DNA of 21,882 bases from Candidatus Hydrogenedentota bacterium (GTDB lineage: Bacteria; Hydrogenedentota; Hydrogenedentia; Hydrogenedentales; SLHB01), in NCBI GenBank assembly GCA_034408725.1, contig JAWXCN010000059.1:1-21882 (forward strand). Direction: 5' to 3'. Below are positions 7,534 through 16,182 of the stretch, in pieces. The translations under genes and the position numbers were made by a program. The number at the start of each line of letters is the position of its first letter. Positions within the stretch are counted from its first letter, which is position 1. The notes under the pieces were generated by a model. That model had not been told where the DNA came from. It saw only the letters and a list, made by a program, of their open reading frames with translations, and searched no databases.

Positions 7534-10410
7534 ATGGATAGGGTGGACCGTTTGGAATTGGAAAGAGTGGTTGCCGCGGCACAACGCCGCGATGCCAACG
7601 CCTTCGCGACGCTTATGAAGGCGCATTACCACCTCGTCTATGGGCTGGCATATAGCACTGCGGGGAACTGGACCGCCGCGCAGGACATCGCCCAGGACAC
7701 TTTTGTCGTCGCGTGGACGCATATCGGGAACCTTCGGGGGGCAGGGGCATTTCCAATGTGGATTCGTAAGATAGCGCGGAACCTCGCATTGAACTGGGTC
7801 CGGTCAGCGGACTATCGGCGCAGGCTTGCCGATCGCCACGCGCAACTCTCCCCCACTCGGATCGACGAATCTTTTTCTGCGCCGGACGCCCTTGAGCGGG
7901 AGGACCGCCGCGCCGCGCTCTGGAATGCAATGCAGCAGCTCAACGCGCCAATTCGGGAGGCGCTCGTATTGTTCTACCTCGAAGGGCGTTCCGTTTCCGA
8001 GGCCGCGCGCCAACTTGGCATCAGCGAGAACGCTTTCAAACTTCGCTTGCACACGGGCCGCACCCGGTTGCGCGCTATCTTCGAGAAACAGATCGAGGAA
8101 CGTCTCGATCGCGATCTGGCGCCGCCAGATTCTTCCACCGCGGCATCGCGCATTATGGCCGCTCTCGCGCTGGGTCCGGTCATGCCGCATCTCGGCGACG
8201 CAGGCGCAAGTTCAACCTTAGGTCTTTGGTTAGACCATTTCCTTCATAACGCCTCGATTGATGCACTGGGCCCAATTCTCAAGGGAGGAGCACTCGTGAG
8301 TTCAAAAAAAGCGGTCATGGCAGTAGCCGCGACAGTCCTGTGTTTAGGCGGCGCGTACTGGGGGTTCGTCCGCCAACCAAATTTCGACGCCGATCAGGGT
8401 GAAAACTGGCGGCGCGTCGCGAAGGAGGAGTCTGGGCGCGCGACTCCGAATCCCGATCTCGATTCTCGAACGTCATCCAGCGCCGTGGACACCGCAAAAA
8501 CTTCGGAATTGAGTTCCACGGCCGAAACTGTCGCCGAGGTGAAACCGGCGAACGAACTCGACAACCTGGAGATTAGCGGCGACACCTCGCCCTCCGCCGC
8601 CATCGTGATGACATTCGAGACTGGTAAAATCAAGGACCCCGCGCAATACGTTTCCATTTCCGGCTCAGTTGTGGATACGCATGGCTCGGGTGTTCCCAAT
8701 GCGTCGGTGCTGGTGTTTGCTCTGGGCGACAACACTGCCCCAGGCGATATGACCGGTTTTCTCGCGGCGCGCCAAAGTCCCGCCCACCAGTTTTCCGCCG
8801 TGACCGACGCCACCGGACGCTTCCTCGTAGAGGGGATCATGTTCGAGGGCGCAGCAATGGTTTCCGCGAGCGCGGACGGCTACGCGATGGAAGGGCGCCG
8901 CCAGGTGCATGTTCCAATCCGCGCGGGAGACAAAGTTGCGAATGTCCGTATCACGCTCGAACAAGGCAAGGGCCTCTACGGAAAACTGCTCGCCCCTGAC
9001 GGCAAACCCGTCGCCGACGGCGTGGTAAATCTCGTTGCATTCAAATCTACCTCAGATTCTTCAAATGGTAATATGGGGACGATCAACACCGACACAAACG
9101 GCCGGTTCCATTTTGCGTTTCCGCGCGAAGGTCTCGCTTATCTCGTTACTTCATCATTGAAATTCGGCGGCGCAAGTTTCGATGACGTGCCCGTCGGCAC
9201 TGACGACATCATCGAGCTGCAAATGCCGAAGGCCGCGCGGTTGACGGGCGCCATTTCGCGCGCGGACGGCGGGCCCGCGGAAGACGTATTGGTCCTGCTG
9301 ATCGGCAAAGCAAACGACGGCACCGGACGCCGCCGCGTGGATGCATCGTCTATCTACGCCGGCAAAACGGATTCCAGCGGGCGTTACGCTATCGAAGCGA
9401 TAGACACCAATCAGGCGTACACCGTCTCCGTCGCGCGGCAAGACCGCACTCCCCTCTCCCAACCCGAACCTTTGCCAGAACTCGCGCCGGGCGAATCGCA
9501 AACATGGAACTATACGATTCAGGACATCATTACGGTGCGCGGACATGTCGTGGGTGAAACGACCGGGTTGCCGTTGCGCAACGTGAAAGTTGCGGCACTC
9601 AAGGACGGAAAGCCAGTTCAAAACGGCGATACCCCCGTGGACATGAATGGCGCGTACGAAATGAAACTGACGTCGGGACCCGGCAACTACACGATCTTTC
9701 CGCGATTGTGGCGTATCGATGCCGAAGAGACGGGTTACGATTGGGGCAAACAAATCGTGCTCGAACCCGCGCAGGAAGCGACGGTAGACCTCACGTTCAT
9801 CGACACCGCGACCATATCGATCCGCGTTGTGGACACATCGGGACAACCGATCCGGGGAATGGTTCTTGGCATAAAAGAAGCCGATCATACTTGGGCACCA
9901 GTCGCGACCACGCCGGATGACGGACGATTCACCTATGGTGGTGTCATGCCCGGTATCGAGTCCAACTTCGTGGTGTTCGATAGCGGCAATCGGGTGGGCA
10001 GCACGACTCCGGTGATAGCCGAACCGGGACAAGTCTTTCCCGAAGAGACGGTCGTTGTCTATGGTAACGCGGGCATCGAGGGGACGGCACTGGGACCAGA
10101 TGGTCAACCGCTTGCGAATGGGGTCATTAACCTGCGTGTGTTCTATGCGCTGACCAGACAACTCGAACGCAGCATTAACACCGACAGCTCCGGCCATTTC
10201 CTGATCGAGAGCGGGCTTCCCGCGACGGCCGTCATTCTTGCAATGGAAGGCGTCGTGGACGGTGCGGGTGGCGAAGAACGTTTTCTTTATGAATCAGATG
10301 AGTTGCTGCTGATCGATGGAAACATCCTCAACCTTGGGAATCTGACCTTCGTGAAAAGCGATTCCAGCGCGGATGCTAACGTCGAGGAAAATTTGAACTT
10401 CATCGAGTGA
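7534..10410 (+). CDS. ECF sigma-70 factor fused to a transmembrane segment and about six carboxypeptidase-regulatory-like (transthyretin-like beta-sandwich) repeats
   Basis: Region 2: AQDIAQDTFVVAW...FPMWIRKIARNLALN. Region 4: LNAPIREALVLFYLEGRSVSEAARQLGISENAFKLRLHTGRTRLR. Hydrophobic segment KKAVMAVAATVLCLGGAYWGF. Six repeats: ISGSVVDTHGSGVPNASV, LYGKLLAPDGKPVADGVV, LTGAISRADGGPAEDVLV, VRGHVVGETTGLPLRNVKV, ISIRVVDTSGQPIRGMVL, IEGTALGPDGQPLANGVI. Start is ATG 7534 or GTG 7543. Confidence 0.9.
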   Translation: MDRVDRLELERVVAAAQRRDANAFATLMKAHYHLVYGLAYSTAGNWTAAQDIAQDTFVVAWTHIGNLRGAGAFPMWIRKIARNLALNWVRSADYRRRLADRHAQLSPTRIDESFSAPDALEREDRRAALWNAMQQLNAPIREALVLFYLEGRSVSEAARQLGISENAFKLRLHTGRTRLRAIFEKQIEERLDRDLAPPDSSTAASRIMAALALGPVMPHLGDAGASSTLGLWLDHFLHNASIDALGPILKGGALVSSKKAVMAVAATVLCLGGAYWGFVRQPNFDADQGENWRRVAKEESGRATPNPDLDSRTSSSAVDTAKTSELSSTAETVAEVKPANELDNLEISGDTSPSAAIVMTFETGKIKDPAQYVSISGSVVDTHGSGVPNASVLVFALGDNTAPGDMTGFLAARQSPAHQFSAVTDATGRFLVEGIMFEGAAMVSASADGYAMEGRRQVHVPIRAGDKVANVRITLEQGKGLYGKLLAPDGKPVADGVVNLVAFKSTSDSSNGNMGTINTDTNGRFHFAFPREGLAYLVTSSLKFGGASFDDVPVGTDDIIELQMPKAARLTGAISRADGGPAEDVLVLLIGKANDGTGRRRVDASSIYAGKTDSSGRYAIEAIDTNQAYTVSVARQDRTPLSQPEPLPELAPGESQTWNYTIQDIITVRGHVVGETTGLPLRNVKVAALKDGKPVQNGDTPVDMNGAYEMKLTSGPGNYTIFPRLWRIDAEETGYDWGKQIVLEPAQEATVDLTFIDTATISIRVVDTSGQPIRGMVLGIKEADHTWAPVATTPDDGRFTYGGVMPGIESNFVVFDSGNRVGSTTPVIAEPGQVFPEETVVVYGNAGIEGTALGPDGQPLANGVINLRVFYALTRQLERSINTDSSGHFLIESGLPATAVILAMEGVVDGAGGEERFLYESDELLLIDGNILNLGNLTFVKSDSSADANVEENLNFIE

Positions 10411-10452
10411 TGCGAGGCGGCGGGTTCGCGCTACCGTCATCGCTTTGGAGCA

Positions 10453-10482
10453 CCGCCCCCACCCGGGGGCGGCTTCTTTTTT
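10453..10482 (+). terminator. Rho-independent terminator
   Basis: Perfect 8-bp stem CCGCCCCC-accc-GGGGGCGG followed by CTTCTTTTTT, downstream of the ECF gene. Confidence 0.85.
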
Positions 10483-10493
10483 GCTTCGACGCC

Positions 10494-10522
10494 TTGACTC
10501 GATCGATCATCTCGGCTATTGT
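10494..10522 (+). promoter_or_regulatory. Sigma70-type promoter
   Basis: TTGACT-N17-TATTGT, between the terminator and the GTG at 10554. Confidence 0.6.
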
Positions 10523-10553
10523 CAACTCCAATCCATGACAAAGGTTCACGCCA

Positions 10554-11789
10554 GTGCATCGACACGTTTCTTTCACCCTGTTACTCGCCATACCATTTGT
10601 CACCGTTGTGACGTTTGCCCAACCACCCATGCCCGGCGCGCCGGATTATCTGAAACCGCCGCCGGCTACCCAGAACATCGATGTTGACACCCTCCGACAG
10701 GAATTGCGGGCGTTACTGGATGATTACGAAAACGAGAAGCAGTCTGAGCAGATAAAAGAAAAGAACTCGCAAAGCGAGTCACGCAAGGAACGATTGAAAC
10801 GGCGGGCACATGAGATCGGCGAGGAAATCCGACAACGCCTCTTTGCGGAGCTGCAGGTATTCATCGCACAGAACTTCGGGCCGCAGTTCAAGATTGAATC
10901 CACGCGCGTATCGCTCGAGGCGGTAAATGGAAAGGGTCAGATCACCGAAATTCCCGTAAACATACAAGTCCGGCCACTGCGCTTACTCAGCGATCCCATG
11001 AACGTTTCACTCTCACAGTCTGTTCTGGGCACAAACGAGGTGGCGTTCAATCTCTATGAAGATTTGCCCCTGTCAGTAACCTATACTGATGAAGAAGCGT
11101 TTTGGAGAAACTACACTGAAGACAATGCGTCATCCATAAAAACAGAGGCTAAAATGCTGGTCGCGCTAAAAGGGGGTGGCTGGCGGGAAATGGATGGTCC
11201 GAAGCCAGTCGCGAACGTGATTGCGGTCCGCGGCCTCGATTTCGATGACGGACTGAAAGAAAACGGCAACAGGACGTACGACGACACGATGTTTGTGATC
11301 GTGGAAAACCCCCAGAGCGAATCAGAAGTATTCGAATACAGGATAACTACCGAATCCAGCAGCGTCAAGCGTGGGGTTGGCCGGCTCGATTCAAAGCAGG
11401 TAACGTACGTCCGCGGGCTGCATCGCGGGAAAGACCCCGGATACCGCCTCAAGAATGACCTTGCCGATGGCACGCGAACGGGACTGGAAGGCTCCTTTCA
11501 GATAACCGGCGCTAATATTCATTCCGCGTATACGAAATTGACCATCGATAGCGAAACGCTTCTCAGCCCGGGAGTTTCTCTCGGTTGCCAAGTAGTTGCG
11601 ACAGGAAAGCGCCCTTTCGAAAATGCGATGGTCAGTGTCCTGGACAAGAAGGATATCAAGGAGTTTTTCTACACCATCGTCGAAGGCGGCGAACTGGAAG
11701 TGTTGGATACGGCCTTGAGACAAAACGGGAAACAGTCCGTGCTCATACACGGAATTCCGCGACATGAGACCCCGTCAACAGAACAATAG
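10554..11789 (+). CDS. Secreted hypothetical protein with a coiled-coil N-region and a C-terminal putative L,D-transpeptidase-like (His...SxGC) domain
   Basis: Signal peptide MHRHVSFTLLLAIPFVTVVTFA|QPP; charged helical region; C-terminal NVIAVRG...N..YDD...TT...G.H.G...ANIH...SLGCQV motif series. Confidence 0.6.
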   Translation: MHRHVSFTLLLAIPFVTVVTFAQPPMPGAPDYLKPPPATQNIDVDTLRQELRALLDDYENEKQSEQIKEKNSQSESRKERLKRRAHEIGEEIRQRLFAELQVFIAQNFGPQFKIESTRVSLEAVNGKGQITEIPVNIQVRPLRLLSDPMNVSLSQSVLGTNEVAFNLYEDLPLSVTYTDEEAFWRNYTEDNASSIKTEAKMLVALKGGGWREMDGPKPVANVIAVRGLDFDDGLKENGNRTYDDTMFVIVENPQSESEVFEYRITTESSSVKRGVGRLDSKQVTYVRGLHRGKDPGYRLKNDLADGTRTGLEGSFQITGANIHSAYTKLTIDSETLLSPGVSLGCQVVATGKRPFENAMVSVLDKKDIKEFFYTIVEGGELEVLDTALRQNGKQSVLIHGIPRHETPSTEQ

Positions 11790-11952
11790 GGGACAGCAAA
11801 CAATAGGAGGCACCCTATTCACCCTATTTACCGTAAGCATTTGGGATGCGCATACGTCCGCGTAATTACACCGGCCCCTTTTATGTACGATGTCGGGTGT
11901 GCTGGGCGGTGCACACGTGGCAGCTATCTTCAAAGAGAGGGCGTACACATTC

Positions 11953-12219
11953 ATGGCGCGTAAAAGCGGTTCTGTGACGATTGGTTTGTTGGCGTCTGTC
12001 GCCTTGGCGCTGAGCGGGTGCATGGAGGATAAGGACGAGGAAGGCGAACGAGACCAAGCCTCGGGCAGCGGCTACCACGGCCCCATCTTTTTCGGCAGCA
12101 GCGGAAAGACCGGCCTGCGGTCGGACGCCTCGCAGCAAGTTGGCGCGGATTCGGCGCCGAACTCCGTCTCACGAGGCGGCTTTGGTTCCACCGGCTCGAC
12201 GCGTAGCGTTTACTCGTAG
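11953..12219 (+). CDS. YgiB/YjfM-like (DUF1190-like) small lipoprotein
   Basis: Lipobox LALSGC after a basic/hydrophobic signal; Gly/Ser-rich body ending VSRGGFGSTG, the tail characteristic of this family; directly upstream of a ygiC-like gene. Confidence 0.75.
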   Translation: MARKSGSVTIGLLASVALALSGCMEDKDEEGERDQASGSGYHGPIFFGSSGKTGLRSDASQQVGADSAPNSVSRGGFGSTGSTRSVYS

Positions 12220-12228
12220 GGCGGCCCA

Positions 12229-13359
12229 GTGGAAAGACAGCCCCTCACGCCGCGCCGGGATTGGCGGCAAAAAGTCGAGGACCTCGGCTTTCTATACCAT
12301 TCGGATGGCGGACCGTATTGGACCGATGACTCGTGCTATGTGTTCTCCGACGCGGAAATCGCGCAGCTTGAAGTTGCAACCAACGAATTGCAACGGCTCT
12401 GCCTTGAAGCCGTCGACCATGTAATCCAACGCGGCCGGTTCGCCGAATTGGGCATTCCCGCTAACGTTGCGCTTTTCATCAAACGCGCATGGGACGATGA
12501 ACCGCCCGCGATTTATGGCCGGTTTGATTTGGTGTACGACGGGCGTGCCGAGCCGAAGTTGCTCGAGTACAACGCCGACACGCCCACCGCGCTGCTGGAA
12601 TCCGCGGTGATTCAATGGCATTGGCTTGAGGAGGTCTGGCCTGGCGCGGATCAGTTCAATTCCATTCATGAACGCCTGATTGCGAAGTGGCAGGAGTTGC
12701 GGGAGGATTTAACCGGACCCTTTGTACATTTCGCGCACGCCGATTCGCTGGAAGACCAAATGACGACGGCGTATCTTCGCGATACGGCTGACCAAGCAGG
12801 GCTGCCGACCGTCGCCATGCGAATGAGCGAGATTGGTTGGGACACACAATTGCGCCAATTTATCGATCTTCAGCGCCGCACCATCAACTCCGTTTTTAAG
12901 TTGTATCCTTGGGAATGGCTTGTTCAGGAGGAGTTTGCGGAACACCTGTTTGAATCCTACGATAAGGTGCAATGGATCGAGCCGATCTGGAAAATGGTGC
13001 TGTCCAACAAGGGGATATTGGCTATTCTCTGGGAACTGTTTCCCGGACATCCAAACCTGTTGCCAGCGCACATCGGCAGCGCGCAAAGCATGAGCGAATA
13101 TGCGATGAAACCGTTGCTTTCGAGGGAAGGCGCAAACATTTCCCTGCGCACGCGCGAGTGGACATTGAAAACCGAGGGCGACTACGGCGAGGAGGGCTTC
13201 GTCTACCAGGCTGCCGCTCCATTGCCGGATTTTGAAGGCGCGTTTCCCGTAATCGGCAGTTGGGTGATCGATGGTGAGTCCGCGGGAATCGGCATCCGCG
13301 AATCGGATGGACCAATAACGACCAACACCAGCATATTTGTTCCCCACGTGATTGAATAA
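12229..13359 (+). CDS. Glutathionylspermidine synthase family protein (YgiC/YjfC-like ATP-grasp-type ligase)
   Basis: Motifs PRRDWR, YW.D, IYGRFDL, KLLEYNADTPTALLES, DQFNSIHERL, FKLYPWEW, EPIWKMVLSNKG, KPLLSREGANI, GIRESDGPIT..S.FVPH; no CHAP amidase domain. Confidence 0.93.
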   Translation: MERQPLTPRRDWRQKVEDLGFLYHSDGGPYWTDDSCYVFSDAEIAQLEVATNELQRLCLEAVDHVIQRGRFAELGIPANVALFIKRAWDDEPPAIYGRFDLVYDGRAEPKLLEYNADTPTALLESAVIQWHWLEEVWPGADQFNSIHERLIAKWQELREDLTGPFVHFAHADSLEDQMTTAYLRDTADQAGLPTVAMRMSEIGWDTQLRQFIDLQRRTINSVFKLYPWEWLVQEEFAEHLFESYDKVQWIEPIWKMVLSNKGILAILWELFPGHPNLLPAHIGSAQSMSEYAMKPLLSREGANISLRTREWTLKTEGDYGEEGFVYQAAAPLPDFEGAFPVIGSWVIDGESAGIGIRESDGPITTNTSIFVPHVIE

Positions 13360-13375
13360 CCGGAGGAGCCGCATT

Positions 13376-13789
13376 GTGATGGATCAGATTTCCGTTCTAC
13401 TGCAGGGCCTGCCAAGTTTCCTCGCGTACTTCGGCGCGTCTATCGCCTCGTTGCTTGTATTCTGCGCGATATATTTGCGCATTACGCCACACCGGGAAAT
13501 CGCGCTCATCAAAGAAGGAAAAGTTGCGCCCGCGATTGGCTTTGCCGGCGCCGTGCTCGGGTATGTGCTTCCGATTGCCAGCGTCATCGCAAACAGCCTT
13601 AGTCTGCTAGACCTGATTCTCTGGGCGGTGATTGCGCTCATCGTGCAAATCGCGGTCTTCGTGACAATCTCGATGTCGTTTCCCGGCATCGTCAAACAGA
13701 TAGCCGATGACCGCGCAGGCGCCGCAATTTTCGTCGGCACGATTTCACTTGCGGCGGGAATTCTCAACGCGGCATGCATGACCTGGTAA
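13376..13789 (+). CDS. DUF350 (YjfL-like) four-TM membrane protein
   Basis: GGAGGAG at 13362-13368 then GTG 13376 / ATG 13379; motifs IYLRITPHREIALIKEG.VA.AI and C-terminal GILNAACMTW. Confidence 0.88.
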   Translation: MMDQISVLLQGLPSFLAYFGASIASLLVFCAIYLRITPHREIALIKEGKVAPAIGFAGAVLGYVLPIASVIANSLSLLDLILWAVIALIVQIAVFVTISMSFPGIVKQIADDRAGAAIFVGTISLAAGILNAACMTW

Positions 13790-14010
13790 AAAAAACTGAA
13801 CTCGTCACGGCGTAGCACAAATGGATTCTTACTGCGGTATCTTGAATCACAGGATCAAACTTGAACGATACCCACCTCGCCCATGATGATCCCGGCAGTG
13901 TAACGTCAGGTACGATCCACGCGGAAGGTTCGTGGAACACGAGAAAGTACCGGGCACACCCTTTGTGCTCGATACACCCTGCGTTGAAACTTGGAGGCCA
14001 AGTTATTCCC

Positions 14011-16182
14011 ATGCTCCCACGCAACCGCTTCGTTGTGTTGGCGCTCATCGCGTCATTGTTGTTACCCGCATCGGCGCAAGATGCCGCCACCCAAAGTTGG
14101 CTCTATCGCTTTTCATTGGGGCAAATTAATTCAGAGGCCCATGGCGTCTCCGCGGGCGAAATCGGAAAACTGCCAACGTTTACCGTAAGACCTGCGAAGA
14201 CGGGCCGCCAACTTGTGCGCGTCTCGCTCACCTTCGCGCCCGCCACGTTTCCGAACGAATTGTCGCTACAAGTTACCGAAGGCGATTCGGTTTTCATTCC
14301 CGGAGTCCGCGTGTTGACCTTGCACCCCGGCATTCCCAAATCCGTGCGCCGCGCAATAGTGACGTTTCCATTCGAGTTTCCCGATTTCGCTGCGCGCACG
14401 TTTCAGTTGTCGCTTGCGCAACGCGACCCGGCGCCGATGGTATCGGCAGAACGCGGTGAAGATGATTGGATCATCGAGATCGCCGGAAGTACGTTAGCTG
14501 TCAACGGTAACAGGATTGATTGGACGCGGCCCGACGGTTCCAAAGTTAAGGCCGAACTGATCGCCCCTGCCCGAACGGATGCCAATCGAGGCGAGTTGAG
14601 CGTCGTCGAATCCGGCAAGCACTATAAATGGATACGGGCCGCGATTCCCGGCGCGCAATGGCCGCGCATCATCGAGGTTCGGGCCGATTCACTGGGCGGG
14701 TTAGTGATACGCGCGCACCTGCAACGGCTCGAGAAAGGCGATGGAGTTGCACCCGACTTTGGCTGGAAAATATCCGGCGCGCCGACACAGCCGTTTGAAC
14801 GGCATGCGTTCGCGATGGCGAATGAAGCATTCAAAATATCGCTCCCGGCATCCGATGTGACATTTCCAGACGCCCATCTCCTGAAACGCGGCTATGTGGA
14901 ATCAGATGGTTCCGGCATCGTTTATATGCGTTGCACCGCCGACGAAAGTGTGCCGATGCAAGAAACGTCGTGGCGCACGGCGACCATCGCGTTTTCTCCG
15001 TCCGGTGCAGCGCCACTCAATTCCTTGCTCGAACCGAGCCACGAGGTGACATTCGATTCATCGCAGCCTGCGCAGATCGATCTCTCCCAATGGCCCGACC
15101 TCGACAGGCTTCGCGAATATCATCGCAGCGCGATCGCAAAAGCTGCGCTGCTCGGCGATGACTACGGCAATGTCACTTCGTTCGCGGAAGGTTCACCCGC
15201 AAGTTATTACGGCATGAACCGGCTGAATCATTGTCCCGCAATCTTCGAGGAATATTATCGTAGCGGCGATCCGCGAATGCGCGAAACCGCCGTGCAATGG
15301 TGCAGCAACATGTACGACCTGTCGCTGTGGTGGGGCGACACGCCCGACTTCGGCGGTACGCGGTACAACGCAGCGGTCGCCGCGGGGGAAAAGGAACACG
15401 AAGGCGACACATCGTTCCTCTGGCGCACGAACTGGACGTCGCACTTTTGCACCAAAGGATTCGATTCATTTTTTCTAGCGTACGAAGAAACGGGCGATCC
15501 GCGCTTCCTCACCGCGTTGAACGCGCAGATCGAATACGCCAAACAATTCATCTTCGTCGACAAAGGTGAATGCCGCAACATCGGCGACGTCGCGGATTTC
15601 ATGCGGCTCTATTGGTACACCGGCCTTCCCGAATACCGCGATGAAGCGTTGCGCCTGTTCCGCGAACTGCGCACGAAACTTGGCGACGACAACCTGTTCA
15701 GCCAGGGTGGACAACCCATCGTCAAAGAGGGTCCATTCATCGATGATGATCAACACGGCTACGACGCGCCGTTTGCAAAGCCGTACATCATCGGCTACGC
15801 GCTCACGGGCCTCCCTGATTTGCTTGAAGTCGCGCCCGATGAACCCAGGTTGCGCGATACCGTGCGCGCGGTCGCCGATTTTTTGGCCGAATCGATCGAC
15901 CCCGCGGGCGGCTGGCGATACCCGCACCCGAACAGCAGCAGCATGATACTCAGCCAGGCGCTCGAACATGCGGCGCAAATCGCCAATGCCGCGCGCGTGC
16001 TGGAACAGCGCGGCGAAGACATTGACAACTTGCTGGACGCTATCGAAAAAGTCCTGCAACAGCGCGTGATGGGTTACCAACGCACGGGGACGATTCTGTC
16101 CGGCCTCTCCGGCTGGGAATCGAGCCAAAGCCCGACGCGTCGACTAACAATGCACTCGCCGTTGGCCCCTGCCAACAAATGA
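14011..16182 (+). CDS. Secreted hypothetical protein with a C-terminal alpha/alpha-toroid-like domain (glycosidase/lyase-like); possibly C-terminally truncated
   Basis: GGAGG upstream; signal peptide MLPRNRFVVLALIASLLLPASA|Q; helical hairpin repeats EEYYRSGDPRMRETA, LAYEETGDPRFLTAL, LYWYTGLPEYRDEAL, and DPAGGWRYP. Confidence 0.6.
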   Translation: MLPRNRFVVLALIASLLLPASAQDAATQSWLYRFSLGQINSEAHGVSAGEIGKLPTFTVRPAKTGRQLVRVSLTFAPATFPNELSLQVTEGDSVFIPGVRVLTLHPGIPKSVRRAIVTFPFEFPDFAARTFQLSLAQRDPAPMVSAERGEDDWIIEIAGSTLAVNGNRIDWTRPDGSKVKAELIAPARTDANRGELSVVESGKHYKWIRAAIPGAQWPRIIEVRADSLGGLVIRAHLQRLEKGDGVAPDFGWKISGAPTQPFERHAFAMANEAFKISLPASDVTFPDAHLLKRGYVESDGSGIVYMRCTADESVPMQETSWRTATIAFSPSGAAPLNSLLEPSHEVTFDSSQPAQIDLSQWPDLDRLREYHRSAIAKAALLGDDYGNVTSFAEGSPASYYGMNRLNHCPAIFEEYYRSGDPRMRETAVQWCSNMYDLSLWWGDTPDFGGTRYNAAVAAGEKEHEGDTSFLWRTNWTSHFCTKGFDSFFLAYEETGDPRFLTALNAQIEYAKQFIFVDKGECRNIGDVADFMRLYWYTGLPEYRDEALRLFRELRTKLGDDNLFSQGGQPIVKEGPFIDDDQHGYDAPFAKPYIIGYALTGLPDLLEVAPDEPRLRDTVRAVADFLAESIDPAGGWRYPHPNSSSMILSQALEHAAQIANAARVLEQRGEDIDNLLDAIEKVLQQRVMGYQRTGTILSGLSGWESSQSPTRRLTMHSPLAPANK

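Noticed and set aside
7356-7598. Apparent head-to-head overlap of the prenyltransferase and ECF ORFs
   Set aside because: Artefact of longest-ORF calling; family-like sequence begins at 7355 (-) and 7534 (+).
9154-10197. 347-aa antisense ORF within the ECF fusion
   Set aside because: Shadow ORF of a GC-rich coding strand with no recognisable motifs.
10408-10445. TGA-TGC followed by a GC-rich hairpin, as a possible selenocysteine/SECIS readthrough
   Set aside because: The readthrough would be a short low-complexity tail running through the terminator, with no redox-motif context.
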